From: Planctomycetota bacterium
GTDB lineage: Bacteria > Planctomycetota > JAJSAM01 > JAJVHW01
NCBI GenBank assembly: GCA_965248445.1
Contig: CBDFJG010000003.1
Coordinates: 1,632,001 to 1,696,000 of the forward strand
Length of the DNA stretch: 64,000 nt
Direction: 5' to 3'
The notes below the pieces were generated by a model. It made no database searches. It saw only the letters and a list, made by a program, of their open reading frames with translations, and was not told where the DNA came from. This document shows, one piece after another, positions 18,501 through 28,146 of this stretch (within the stretch, counting starts at the first letter, position 1; each line of letters opens with the position of its first letter). The position numbers and the translations under genes are program-made.

Positions 18501-21335
18501 CCCGTTCTGCGCCTGGGACTCGCGGACGCCCTCCAGTCGGTCGAACACGTTCTCGGTCCGGGTGCGGAACTCTCCGTCACCGTCGGAGTCCGATAGCCAG
18601 CCCCCCTCGTCGAGTCCGTCGTTGAAAAAGGCGCCGCTCAGCCCGTACACGCCGTTCGAGAACGCCACCGTCGTGTCGTAGGCGTTCCTCGTGTAGCCCT
18701 GGCCGTACCAGTTGCTGCCGTCGTGCACCAGCCGAGTCGGCTGGCGCATCAAGACCGTGCGCATCACACGCTCGATGTCGGCGCGCGTGACCGTCCCGTC
18801 AGGCGTCTGCACGACGTCCTGCTGGCCGATGGGCTCGCGCACGACCTCGATGCGGTCGGGTGCGGGGTACATCGCCCAGTGGTCGCTGCGACCGCGATCC
18901 ACGTTGAACTGTTTGTACATCTCCTCGCTCTCGAGAACGAGCAGCGACGTGAGGGGCGACATGACGTACGACGACATGCTGAGCGCAACGATCTCCTTCT
19001 CGTGCTTAGCGGAGTCGTCCGCCACGAGCCGCTCGATCTCGAGACGCGCCCACTGGCGCGGCAGGTAGCCCGCGTCGGCCTGGGCGTTCGCCACCGGGAG
19101 CGTCTTGGCCCACGTCGATCCGTCGCGCACTCCCGAGATCGTCACCGTCTCGGGGAGCGCTCTACCCTTCGGGAGCCGTGCGATTGCCGCGACCTCTGCG
19201 CCGTCGCCGATCGCGTCGGCGAACGACAGGAACGTGAGCTTCTCCGCGTCGTCGACGACGGAGATACTCCGCAGCCCGGGCGCGGCCAGCGTCGCGGCCA
19301 GGTCGAAGGCCCGCCAGTTGATCGGCTCATCGGGCTGGATCTGCGTGACGTGTCCGCCCGTGCGCGCCGCAGCCGCCTTCATGAAGGTCCGCGACCAGCG
19401 CCGGCCGACGGCCACACCGACGTACTTCGCGCGGTCAGGAACCTGCTTCGCCAGCGTTCCGGGGTCCCGTTCGCCGAGCGTCGCTACGCCGCCGCCCAGG
19501 TGGACGATGTAGGGATTGGCGGCCGTCATCGCGAAGTCCGACGCAGCGGCCAGGGCCTTCTCGAGGTCAAGCGCGCCGATCAGGTGCGTTGAGTCCATGA
19601 ACTCGCGCGCAGCGGCGATGTTCTCGGCCGAGAGCGGCAGCAGTGCGTCGGACAGCGCACGAACGCGGGTCCCGGCGGTCAGCACCGTGAACGTATCCCC
19701 GGCCTCCGCATGGTCGAGCAGCGTGCCGACGACGTCCGCCTGCACTCGGGCGAGCAGCGGATCACGGCTGCCGGAGGACTCCACGACGAACACCCAGTCG
19801 CGGCGCTCTCGCCGCTGCGAGCCCGCGAGATGCGGACTGTGGCGCACCATCAGATAGCGGTGCCCATCGTGCTCGACGGTGTCGAACCGGGTCGCGTTGC
19901 GGGCCATGCGCGTGCGGCGCAGCCGCAGCACGACGTCGTCCTTCAGCAGGACGTCGTGCTTGGACTGTGCCACGCGCAGGTCGCCGCCCGCGGTCGTCGC
20001 GGCGAGCGCGTGCGAATCGCACTCCCATGCCGCCGTGGCTCCGCCCGCGACGGTCGCACCGAACGACCAGTCGCCGACGGCGTCGAGCGTGTGCCCGACG
20101 GGGAAGCGGTACTTCGTCTCGCCGTAGAGCGTCTCGAGACGCTGCGTGTAGGAGAGCACAATACGCTTCTCCTCGCGGGGCTCGAGCGGGAACACGCGCA
20201 TCTTGAACGTGCTTCCGTCCACCCATTCGAGGAGCGCAGGATCGCGGCGGCGGGTAACGATCTGCTCGTACACGTTCCGCGCGTGCCTGCGTTCGCTCAT
20301 CCCGCCTTCCATGCGGACGGCGCCCACGTACATCGCGAGACGTGAGAGCGAGGCGTCCGCAGGAAGCGGGAAGTAGAACGTGCCTTCGAGCCGCCACGTG
20401 GCGTGGTTGAAGTACGTCTGGTCAATCGTGGTCCGCGCGAAGCCATCCTCGATGTGAACGTCGACGCTGTACTTGCGGAGCGAGAGGCGTGCCTCCTGGC
20501 CCCACGGGTCGAACGCCACCAGCGCGCCGCCGCCGTAGTCGCTCTTGGGGACAAGCGGGGACTCGGCGGCGGCAACCAGTTCGCGGGTCCACTCGAGGAG
20601 GTGCGAGACACGCGGGGCGCGCTCGACCGTCTGCTCGCCGTCGCGGTCGGTGAAGCGCTCACCCGAGAAGACGGCATTGCGCAGGCCGCTCACGCCGACC
20701 TTGCCGTGCGTCACGACGAGGTCGGTGGCGGCGTCGGCGACCGTCACGCCGAATCGCGTTCCGAGAGCCGTGAAGCGCCGTTCCGGGGTCTTCACGACGA
20801 ACTTGCGGGACGCGTCCGGTCGCACCTCGAGGTAGACCTCGCCCGCACGGACGTCCACACCGCGCGCGCTCGTCACACGAACGTCCGAGCTGCCATTCAC
20901 GTAGAGAACCGAGCCGTCCGGCAGGACGATCCTGCGGCGCTCGTGCGCGCCGGTCTCGATGGCGTCACCGACCGCGACGCGCGTGCTCTCCGGGGCGTCC
21001 CCGCGCGGACGCGGGACCTGGCCGAAGCTGCCGCCGCGAGGCGCGAGGACTCCGGCCGGACCCCGGAACGGGTCGATGTCGACAGGGAGCTCGCCGTCCG
21101 TCCCGGCGACGAAGACCGCCGCCACGAGGCCCGCCGCCGCGGCCATCGCCGTGAGGCGCTGTACCGTCACGGAACGCGACGGGCGGCCGGTCGGGCGCGC
21201 TGAAGCGGCTTCCGCCAGCAAGAGGTCCTCGACCCGCGCGACGAAGTCCGGCGCCGGATCCTCCGGCCGGTAGCTGCGGCTGATGAGGCGCTCCACGTTG
21301 CGGTCGCCGTGCTGGTTCGTGTTGTCGTGCGTCAT
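15576..21335 (-). CDS. Giant putative anti-sigma factor: TM-FecR-VIT-vWA-(LolA/RseB-like)-TPR
   Basis: Short N-terminal domain and TM; FecR-like IVLPDGSVLYVN/ALGTRFGV; VIT ARTTIDQTY...LEGTFYFPLP...DPALLEW...FKMRVFP; vWA FVVESSGS; C-terminal TPRs. Directly downstream of an ECF sigma factor. Confidence 0.82.
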   Translation of the reverse strand: MTHDNTNQHGDRNVERLISRSYRPEDPAPDFVARVEDLLLAEAASARPTGRPSRSVTVQRLTAMAAAAGLVAAVFVAGTDGELPVDIDPFRGPAGVLAPRGGSFGQVPRPRGDAPESTRVAVGDAIETGAHERRRIVLPDGSVLYVNGSSDVRVTSARGVDVRAGEVYLEVRPDASRKFVVKTPERRFTALGTRFGVTVADAATDLVVTHGKVGVSGLRNAVFSGERFTDRDGEQTVERAPRVSHLLEWTRELVAAAESPLVPKSDYGGGALVAFDPWGQEARLSLRKYSVDVHIEDGFARTTIDQTYFNHATWRLEGTFYFPLPADASLSRLAMYVGAVRMEGGMSERRHARNVYEQIVTRRRDPALLEWVDGSTFKMRVFPLEPREEKRIVLSYTQRLETLYGETKYRFPVGHTLDAVGDWSFGATVAGGATAAWECDSHALAATTAGGDLRVAQSKHDVLLKDDVVLRLRRTRMARNATRFDTVEHDGHRYLMVRHSPHLAGSQRRERRDWVFVVESSGSRDPLLARVQADVVGTLLDHAEAGDTFTVLTAGTRVRALSDALLPLSAENIAAAREFMDSTHLIGALDLEKALAAASDFAMTAANPYIVHLGGGVATLGERDPGTLAKQVPDRAKYVGVAVGRRWSRTFMKAAAARTGGHVTQIQPDEPINWRAFDLAATLAAPGLRSISVVDDAEKLTFLSFADAIGDGAEVAAIARLPKGRALPETVTISGVRDGSTWAKTLPVANAQADAGYLPRQWARLEIERLVADDSAKHEKEIVALSMSSYVMSPLTSLLVLESEEMYKQFNVDRGRSDHWAMYPAPDRIEVVREPIGQQDVVQTPDGTVTRADIERVMRTVLMRQPTRLVHDGSNWYGQGYTRNAYDTTVAFSNGVYGLSGAFFNDGLDEGGWLSDSDGDGEFRTRTENVFDRLEGVRESQAQNGRFGGRWGRRSWGQVQLRSSAGFNLNATTPMSEVNYALSGLFADQFARRDLEMPMGMPPGEPWFTASAPFDGPIGRKRERWNGKQSAERWFDDGRRSAGKNIRGSGFLGGGMRMQRLPRPLSGPTGGAFAGTRSAETRAAASDARIRHRLQGYYHGTWQQGLFLQQASPMTDLAYFSDLLGRMPAMTVSWSDVWDIVEQELPALAPRQGKIDRKARDIIELMRTSGSQVLLRSDDGVATKAVVDGRGHFRIERTYADGLQEIVVHDGQHVIHAYPSTGLAARRLPASALREELAYVAPWTLPTVERLARGSDVVYVDDRTVHVVPHSGSGRTVFSFSESGAFEGRRYENEKGEVVASEAYTSTDDGIRVTQTAGEDEHVVDIAAHRVAGRNPPIDLCLDEDLVVIELPFREWNFLQQRSNEAVKTRGGDKAASQPQKHYTDDERIAMGVTQMIQWGFGSQSQFLQQQLVQHDDRRLGVYALLLASGWQWNPHSINDESKPDQQALDPTREHPDSALAWYVKEIAQRDAGRVASIDEIDDQWLAGLARLRNETADFASGRATQDAEKQTHATARVMDLIESEADPERAYFLALVLKNWGRAQDVRARLADALDGLAERGIDRYRSRYEAAILRKQTGDPDLVKRARSDLAKLHAEVLEQGYLPPVDHRLRNAFSGAEPEWRELWHGLARRMVAGERHAVVPLLATQCSQIGDRALADELIEYARKELPEGRELLFGISIVEHWMMTGNQQRALEELEPLLDREDTAEIAPLWTLATTLAEQAGDGKRALAYHEKALDIEYRRLGDVIDLQQVRQQYQQLMSRFQQLANAAGVLDASVGDEVRTRIVTVADRWRSLDDDPTGASNMAGAIFASLGEDELAWDYLTTPLDAKPNEAAPWTNLAQRMAQTNEYVMADKAYETAFDIEPTNADILFSRAQLLRRRGRHDLARPLLEQIASGEWQPRFQNSKNQAARLLGR

Positions 21336-21353
21336 GGATGTCCTCCCGCCGGA

Positions 21354-21965
21354 TCAGGTCGCGGCGTCGAATTGGAGGCCGTTCGCCAGGGTGGTGAACG
21401 TGGCGCGGAACGCGGCGCGGGCGCGGCCGAGCTGAGACTCGACCGCCTTCTCGGTCGCACCGAGCGCCGTCGCGATCTCCCGCACGCTGTGTCCGAGCAT
21501 GTACTTGGACTCGAGCGCCTCGCGGTAGTGCGGCGGCAGTTGCGCCATCGCGGCGTTGACCATCGTGCGCGTTTCCTCGCGCTCGAGCACGGCGTCGGGG
21601 AGCGACTCCGCATCGAGCTTGCTGTAGACGTCGAGAAGCTCGGCGTCCATGCGCTCCCACAACACGTCGAGCGACACCTGCCGCTGTGTGCGGGTGCGGT
21701 GTCGCTTGATCTCGTTGCGGGCGAGTCCGGTCAGCCATCCGAAGATGCGCCCGCCGCTGCGCACGGGCTCGAACTTCTCGAGCTGCCGCAGCGCCTTGAC
21801 GAGCGTCTCCTGGACGACCTCTTCGCACACGTCGTGGTCACGTCCCACGCGATAGAGACAGAACGCGTACACCGGACCGAGAGCCTCCTGGCTGAGGCGA
21901 CGGATCGCGTCGGGGTCACCCGCCTGCGCCCGTCTCTGCCAGCTCTCGTCAAAATCTGAGGTCAC
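21354..21965 (-). CDS. ECF RNA polymerase sigma factor
   Basis: EEVVQETLVKA, GWLTGLARNE, region 4 SVREIATALGATEKAVESQLGRAR. AGGAG RBS before GTG 21965. Confidence 0.92.
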   Translation of the reverse strand: MTSDFDESWQRRAQAGDPDAIRRLSQEALGPVYAFCLYRVGRDHDVCEEVVQETLVKALRQLEKFEPVRSGGRIFGWLTGLARNEIKRHRTRTQRQVSLDVLWERMDAELLDVYSKLDAESLPDAVLEREETRTMVNAAMAQLPPHYREALESKYMLGHSVREIATALGATEKAVESQLGRARAAFRATFTTLANGLQFDAAT

Positions 21966-22098
21966 GTTCTGCTCCTGTGTCCGCCCAGCTTGCAAACGAC
22001 ATGCTGTGGCGGCCTCCAGGACTCTCTGTCCCGCCGGTCCGCCAATCCCTCGCGAAAACTCTGGATGCGAACGGAGTGGCGAGAGTTCCCGAGGGCGG

Positions 22099-24015
22099 TC
22101 ACTCGGCCGGCAGCGCGGCCAGGGCAGCGGAGGCTGCCTCCCGCACGGACTTGTCCTTGCTGGCCTCGAAGTCGGAGATGGCGGCGCGGGCCTCCGCAGC
22201 GTCGCCCCCTACGGCGGCCAGCGCCTCGATCAGCCGGCGCTGCACGACGTACTTGCGCTCCTTCGCCAGGCGGGCGACGAGCGCCGGCGCGGCGCGTTCC
22301 GCGACGGTGCCCCAGGCTGTGAGCGTCTTCGCAGCTTGTTCCCGCGCCGAGACATTCCTGTCGTCGACGCGGTCCGCAACGGTCGCCAGCAAGCCGGGAG
22401 TGGGAAACGCCGCCAGGACACGCACCAGGGTGATCCGGATCGCTTCCTCGTCGTGGATGCGCAGAGCGTGGAGGGTCTCGTGGGCCGCCCCACCCGGCGG
22501 GACGATGCGCACGAGTGCGACCCCTGCCGCAAGGCGCACCCATCCATCCCCATCGTCGAGCATTGCCATCAACGGCGCCTCTGCCGCTCGGGCCGACGGA
22601 CCAATTCCCCCGAGGGCCCCCGCAGCGTGATGATGCAACTTGCCACCGTTTCGGAGCATGTCGATCAGCCTCGGCACGCCGGCCGCGCCGGCCGCCCCGA
22701 GATTGCCCAGCCCGCCGATCGCGTGACGTCGAACGTGGAAGTCCGGATCATCGAGACCGGCGACGAGCGCGGCGACGACTGCCGGATCAGTCGATGCGAT
22801 CCGGCCCAGACCCATCATGGCCGAACGGCGGACGCCGATATTGTCGTCACGCGCCCTCCGCGCGATCGCCGGCGCCGCTGATCCGACGCCGCGGACGCCG
22901 AGTGCGTCAATGGACATCGCGCGCACCTCCGGGTCGTCGTGGTCCAGGTTCTCGCCGAGCGCGGCCAGCACGTCCTCCGAAGCGTCTGCGTCGTCGGCAT
23001 CGTAAGCCATCCACTTGGCCGCCGCCGCGCGTACGTCGTCGTCGTCCGCGCGCAGCGCCTGCGTCAGAGCCCAGGGGCCGATGCGCCCGAGCGCATCGAC
23101 CGCGGCCGGAGTCGTCGTCGGTGCCTCCGACGCTACGCGTAGGATCTCCGGCACCGCCGCACCGGCACCCGGCCCGATCCCGGCGAGCGCCGCGAGCGCC
23201 TGCCGGGCGAGATCGGCGTCGCTCTCTCCGAGAAGTCGCGTCATCGCGCCGACGGCGGGTTGCGCCTGCTCCCCCAGTCCCCGGAGTGCGTTCAACGCAA
23301 AGACCGCGTCATCGCCGCCCCGCGACATGTACTCGACCAGCCCCGGCACCACGAGGTCGACGTGCTCACGCATCTGCGCAACGGCCACGGCAGCAGCCGA
23401 TCGCACATCGGCGTCGTCATCCTGCAGGGCGCGGACAGCGGCCGCGGCGACTTCGCGCGTGTGCTCCTCGCCGTACCGCAACACGTGCAGACCAGCCGCG
23501 CGCACGAGAGGGTCCTCGTCACTCAAGGCGCGGAGCGCGTAGCGGAAGCTCGCAGGATCGAACTTCGAAAGGACGTGGGCCGCCGTATCCGCGTACTCGG
23601 CGTCGAGCAGATACCGGCCGAGCGCGTCGAGCACGAACTGCGGCGGGTCCTCGACCCGTCTGAGCGCGAACAGCGCGAGGAACGTGGCATCCCCGCCATC
23701 ATCGAGCGAGGCGACGAGCTCGCGCAGACCGGACTCTCCCAGCGTCGCCAGGCGCCAGGCCGCCGCCCTCCGTTCGGCGAGCAGCATGTCGTCGTTGCGA
23801 AGCCGGTCGCCCAGGACGACCTCCGGCGCCCTCTCGTCGCCCTTCTCGGTGTCTGCGCGCACTCGCTGCGAACGCGGCGCGCCGTCGACGGCGCTACCGT
23901 CCGCGGCCCCCGCGTCTGCCGGACCGTCTCGCAACACGCTCGGCGGCGCGCTATCTCCGCAGCCCCACGTCGCGAACGCGACGAGCACCCAAGCAGCTAG
24001 CGTTCCTGACCTCAT
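22099..24015 (-). CDS. HEAT-repeat lipoprotein
   Basis: Lipobox-like TWGC; many DxDxxVRxxAxxAL repeats. Confidence 0.85.
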   Translation of the reverse strand: MRSGTLAAWVLVAFATWGCGDSAPPSVLRDGPADAGAADGSAVDGAPRSQRVRADTEKGDERAPEVVLGDRLRNDDMLLAERRAAAWRLATLGESGLRELVASLDDGGDATFLALFALRRVEDPPQFVLDALGRYLLDAEYADTAAHVLSKFDPASFRYALRALSDEDPLVRAAGLHVLRYGEEHTREVAAAAVRALQDDDADVRSAAAVAVAQMREHVDLVVPGLVEYMSRGGDDAVFALNALRGLGEQAQPAVGAMTRLLGESDADLARQALAALAGIGPGAGAAVPEILRVASEAPTTTPAAVDALGRIGPWALTQALRADDDDVRAAAAKWMAYDADDADASEDVLAALGENLDHDDPEVRAMSIDALGVRGVGSAAPAIARRARDDNIGVRRSAMMGLGRIASTDPAVVAALVAGLDDPDFHVRRHAIGGLGNLGAAGAAGVPRLIDMLRNGGKLHHHAAGALGGIGPSARAAEAPLMAMLDDGDGWVRLAAGVALVRIVPPGGAAHETLHALRIHDEEAIRITLVRVLAAFPTPGLLATVADRVDDRNVSAREQAAKTLTAWGTVAERAAPALVARLAKERKYVVQRRLIEALAAVGGDAAEARAAISDFEASKDKSVREAASAALAALPAE

Positions 24016-24059
24016 CCCCCTCCGATCCTACGCCGACGGGGGTCTGCTACGCTCTTGGC

Positions 24060-25370
24060 GTGGCGGGAAGATCTCTCACGGCACTCCTTCTCGGCCTCGT
24101 CATGGGCGGGGCCATCGGCGCTGGGATCACCGCAGCCGTCCTGGTCGCGGGTGGTGACGACCCGGTCGTCGACGTCGCCCCGGCATCCGAGTCTGTCGAT
24201 GTCGGGGACACCTCGGATCCGATGGAGCACCGCCGTGTGGCGCGCCGGATGGAGGCGCTCGAAGACGAGAACCGTGCGCTGCGCCGTCAACTGCGTGTGC
24301 GCGTGACGCCCCCTCCGAGCGGTGCCGTCGGAGCGAGCGGAACAGCCCCAGGCGGCCCGCCGAACGATCTGCAGAGGCAATTGCAGGCGGCGATGGCCCG
24401 CACGAACACGGCGAACGCCGCCGCTGCAGCGGAGGCCGTGAAGCCGGAGGAGCTGCTTGCCGCGATCCGCGACACATCACGAGACGCCGGCGCGCGACGA
24501 AGGGCGTTCCAGACACTCCTGAAGACTCACCCGCAGCTCGCCAAGGAGGTCGCCGCCGAGATGCTCGCCGCGGGCGAGACCGACGAGCAGTTGCGCCAGT
24601 ACTCGCTCTACGCGTTGCGCGTGGGCGCGGTCGAGGGTCAGAACGTGCATCCCTCCGTCCGCGCAATTGCGTTCGACGGTGGAGCAAGCCGGAAGGAGCG
24701 GTCGCTGGCGCTCTCCATCGTCGCGGTCAAGTCGCCGGACGAGGGGTTCCCGACTCTCGAGAGCCTCATCTCGTCGCCGGATCAGAACGAGCGCAAGCTC
24801 GGCATCGAGGCCGCGCTCAACGTGGACACGCCGCGCGTCGGAGAGCTGTTCGCGCGCAACATCAACCGAGACGCGCTCCGCCCGTACGTCAAGCCGATGG
24901 TCGACGTGATCGCCCGCCACAAGCACAAGCGGTGGAGTGTCCAGCAGATCGTCGGAGCTCCGGACCTGCCGGTCGGGGCGGACCTCGCCACGGCGTGGGC
25001 CAGCAAGAAGCCGGACATGGGCAAGGTCTGGGTCGAGCTGACGTTCCGCTCGGCGGTCGAGCTCGCGGAGCTGCGAGTCCACGAGACGTTCAACGCCGGG
25101 GCGATCATCGAGATTTCCGCGCACGACGAGGACCGCAACGAGTGGGTCATCCTGTGGACGGGCAACGGCGCCGCCGCCCAGACGCCGCGCTGGTTTGCAC
25201 CCCCGCTGTCCTCGACAGACTTCAAGACACGCAAGGTGAAACTGGTCCTCGACACAGACGCGGTGAAGGGCTGGAACGAGATCGACTCCGCCGAGCTGAT
25301 CGGCCAGGGCGGCCTTCGTCAGTGGGTCCAGTCCGCGCGGGCGAGCTCCGACTACACGACCGGCAAGTAG
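24060..25370 (+). CDS. Membrane-anchored protein with coiled coil, HEAT-like region and C-terminal jelly-roll-like domain
   Basis: N-terminal TM; WSVQQIVGAPD...AWAS...VHETFNAGAI...WNEIDSAELIG. Confidence 0.75.
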   Translation: MAGRSLTALLLGLVMGGAIGAGITAAVLVAGGDDPVVDVAPASESVDVGDTSDPMEHRRVARRMEALEDENRALRRQLRVRVTPPPSGAVGASGTAPGGPPNDLQRQLQAAMARTNTANAAAAAEAVKPEELLAAIRDTSRDAGARRRAFQTLLKTHPQLAKEVAAEMLAAGETDEQLRQYSLYALRVGAVEGQNVHPSVRAIAFDGGASRKERSLALSIVAVKSPDEGFPTLESLISSPDQNERKLGIEAALNVDTPRVGELFARNINRDALRPYVKPMVDVIARHKHKRWSVQQIVGAPDLPVGADLATAWASKKPDMGKVWVELTFRSAVELAELRVHETFNAGAIIEISAHDEDRNEWVILWTGNGAAAQTPRWFAPPLSSTDFKTRKVKLVLDTDAVKGWNEIDSAELIGQGGLRQWVQSARASSDYTTGK

Positions 25371-25377
25371 CCGTCCG

Positions 25378-26352
25378 TCACTCCGCTTCGATCACGAACT
25401 CCATGTGCGTCTCGCGCCGCATCACGGTGATGTTCTGATCGTCGCTGATGCGGAATACGCCCTCCCCGTCGAGCGAGAGCGTCGCGCGCTCCGGCACGAT
25501 GTCGGTCAGGCGCGCATCGACGCGGCCCGTGCCACTCGCCACGAGCCTGGTCAGCCGCGCGCTGGCGCTCTGGTCCATGCCGGGCATCGCGATCGGACCG
25601 GGGTTCGCCGCCTGCTGCACCACGACCTCCAGAACGACCCGCCGTGCGTCTCGGTGAATCAACTCGTAGGTGCGCGTCATCCGCACTTCGGCGCCACTCC
25701 GCACTTGCGGCGAGACGACCTCCCACCGTGCGCCGATGCCGACCGGTTCGGCGGGCACGGGCACGGAGATCACGTCCATTGACTGCTGGATGCTCTCCTC
25801 GACCCCGGGAGGCTTCGGCCCCAGGGCGCCGGGCGGCGCAGCCACGCTGGTGACGGTGCACAGGCCGCGCGCGTCGCGGACGAGCGTTCCGCTGATGCCG
25901 ACGCCCGCGCCGAGCATCCGCCGGAACGACTCGACTTGAGCGGGCGGCGCCTCGCCCTTGAAGATCGGTTCCGCCGCGGTGATCGCGAACGCGAGTTCGA
26001 GCGCGCCCGCTTCGTCGGTCTCGCCGGCGGTCACAGCCATCTCGAGCCGCGTTCCCACGAGCGGTGACGAGGTCTCCACCGGACGGCCGTCCACGGTCAG
26101 TGTGCCGGATGTTCGCGTCTCGATGCGGACGGTCTGCATCGATCCCGGAGCGACGTCGAACCGCAACGTCGCGCGGCTCTTGCCGCCTGGATCGAGAAGG
26201 CGAAGTTCTGTCTCGGCCGGGATCGCGACGACGACCTCCGCCTCCAGCGGTTGCACCGGGGTGAACGGACGCGGCGCAGTCTGCACCGGGGGATCGGCTT
26301 CGCCGCACGCGGCCAGCGCGAGAACGAGTCCGATTGCGGATCGCAACTTCAT
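25378..26352 (-). CDS. Hypothetical lipoprotein
   Basis: Lipobox LAAC; PVPAEPVGIGARW motif. Confidence 0.72.
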   Translation of the reverse strand: MKLRSAIGLVLALAACGEADPPVQTAPRPFTPVQPLEAEVVVAIPAETELRLLDPGGKSRATLRFDVAPGSMQTVRIETRTSGTLTVDGRPVETSSPLVGTRLEMAVTAGETDEAGALELAFAITAAEPIFKGEAPPAQVESFRRMLGAGVGISGTLVRDARGLCTVTSVAAPPGALGPKPPGVEESIQQSMDVISVPVPAEPVGIGARWEVVSPQVRSGAEVRMTRTYELIHRDARRVVLEVVVQQAANPGPIAMPGMDQSASARLTRLVASGTGRVDARLTDIVPERATLSLDGEGVFRISDDQNITVMRRETHMEFVIEAE

Positions 26353-26425
26353 TGCGCCCAGGGTCGGGACCGGGTACCCGGAAGAAGTCATAGATTTCGA
26401 GCGCTGCCCCGGCAGGCTGGGCGCG

Positions 26426-26770
26426 ATGCAGGTTGGACACGTCGAGCTGCCGGTCCGCGACGCGCTGCGGAGCGCGCGCTTCTACACAGAGGTCCTCGGG
26501 TTCACCCTGGAGGCGAACCAGGCGGACCGATTCGTGTGGCTGACCTCCGGGCAGCTCACGCTCCTCCTCCGTCCTGGTTTCGACGGTGCTCCGGAGAACG
26601 ACCTCTCGGCAGTCAATCTCGTGCTCTACACGGACGACGTGCCGGGCGCTCGCGCGCGCCTCGAGGACGCGGACGTCGCCTGGAGCGAACGCGCGAACTG
26701 CCTCCACTTCCGCGATCCCGACGGGCACTGGCTGCAGATCGTGGATCCACACGAAGACCACTCCGGCTAG
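26426..26770 (+). CDS. VOC/glyoxalase family protein
   Basis: HVELPVRD...FYTEVLGF...FRDPDGHWLQI. Confidence 0.88.
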   Translation: MQVGHVELPVRDALRSARFYTEVLGFTLEANQADRFVWLTSGQLTLLLRPGFDGAPENDLSAVNLVLYTDDVPGARARLEDADVAWSERANCLHFRDPDGHWLQIVDPHEDHSG

Positions 26771-26775
26771 CGCAG

Positions 26776-28146
26776 ATGGCGGTGTCCGGCTCCGGTCTTG
26801 TGCGCGCGGCGCCCTGGGCGCTCTACGCAGCGTGTGCCGGCGCCATGGCGTGGTTCCGCATCCCGTGGGTCGACGAGGCGTGGGTCGCGGGCCCCGCCGC
26901 GACTCTGCTGAGTGAAGGCGTGATGCTCGACGTCGGCGGTCCGCTGCCGGACGAAGCAACGAGGCAAGCTCCGCTGCTGGAGTTGTTCGGCCTGGTCCTG
27001 GCTGGGTGGTTCAGTGCGTTCGGCGTCGAGATCGTCCGCGCGCGTGTGCTCACGGTGATCACGGGAGCGCTCTTCCTCGTCGTGTCGGACCGAGCGTTGC
27101 AGGCCGCCGGCACGCCCGACCGCACGCGCACGATCGTGCGGTGGCTCTTCGTGACGAGCTACTTCTTCCTGTTCACGTCGTCGTGGGTGCGGCCGGACAT
27201 CGCCGCAGTGACGCTCGCGTTCGCAGGTGGGCTGGCCGTCGCAAGGTGGTCGGTGGACGGCTCGCGGAGGTTGCTCGCGCTCGGGCATTCCGCGCTGATC
27301 CTCGCGACGTCCATGCACCTGCAGGCCGGGTTCGTGGGCCTCGCGATGTGGGTTGCGACGCTCGGAGCCGCACGGCGGCCCGCCCGCGGTGACCTCCTCG
27401 CGTTCCTCGCCCCATACGGCGCGGCACTCGCACTGTCAGCAGCGGTGTACTGGAACCGGATGGACGCCGTGGCGCACGCGTTCGCACGGGGCTTCTCGGG
27501 AGACATCGTCGCGCATTCGGGCGGCGTTCCGGGTGCGCTGCTCCGCTACATCGACACTGGACGCTGGGAAGCCGTCGCGGGGATGACGCTACTCGTCTGC
27601 GTCGTGGCGTACGGACCGTGGGCGTTTTACCGCGACCGGCGCACGCCGGTGTCCTTGACCGTTGCGCTTGCCGCGTGGGGCGCTGCCGCGTCGTGGTTCC
27701 TGACGACGGCGGTCGGCAACAACTACCACGCCGTGTGGATCACGCCCGCGCTCGTCCTCGGCGCCGCCGCAGCATGGACCCCCGCAGGCGCACTCGTCCG
27801 GTGGCGCTGGCCGCAGATCGCCGTCCCGGCCCTACTCGCGATCTTCGGCTTGGCTCTGACCGCCCAGACCGTTCGCGATGACGGGCGGAGCGGCTACGAA
27901 GCTGATCTCACTCGCCTCGACGCAGCGTACGGCCTGCGCGCCGGAACGCTCTCCGGAGCGCGCGAGATCCAATGGCACTATGACTTCGACCGCAAACTCA
28001 TACGCCACCTCGCGGACGGTCACCGGCCGGAGTGGTTGCTGGTCCTCAACACGCGCGATGCACCCGAAGGACGATTGCGACGCGGCGGCCGAACGTACCG
28101 GCGCGTGGACACCGGCCGCGTCCTCACGCTCTACCAGCGCGACTGA
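26776..28146 (+). CDS. Multi-pass membrane protein, GT-C/ArnT-like glycosyltransferase
   Basis: PWVDEAW and VRPD motifs, many TM segments. Confidence 0.62.
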   Translation: MAVSGSGLVRAAPWALYAACAGAMAWFRIPWVDEAWVAGPAATLLSEGVMLDVGGPLPDEATRQAPLLELFGLVLAGWFSAFGVEIVRARVLTVITGALFLVVSDRALQAAGTPDRTRTIVRWLFVTSYFFLFTSSWVRPDIAAVTLAFAGGLAVARWSVDGSRRLLALGHSALILATSMHLQAGFVGLAMWVATLGAARRPARGDLLAFLAPYGAALALSAAVYWNRMDAVAHAFARGFSGDIVAHSGGVPGALLRYIDTGRWEAVAGMTLLVCVVAYGPWAFYRDRRTPVSLTVALAAWGAAASWFLTTAVGNNYHAVWITPALVLGAAAAWTPAGALVRWRWPQIAVPALLAIFGLALTAQTVRDDGRSGYEADLTRLDAAYGLRAGTLSGAREIQWHYDFDRKLIRHLADGHRPEWLLVLNTRDAPEGRLRRGGRTYRRVDTGRVLTLYQRD

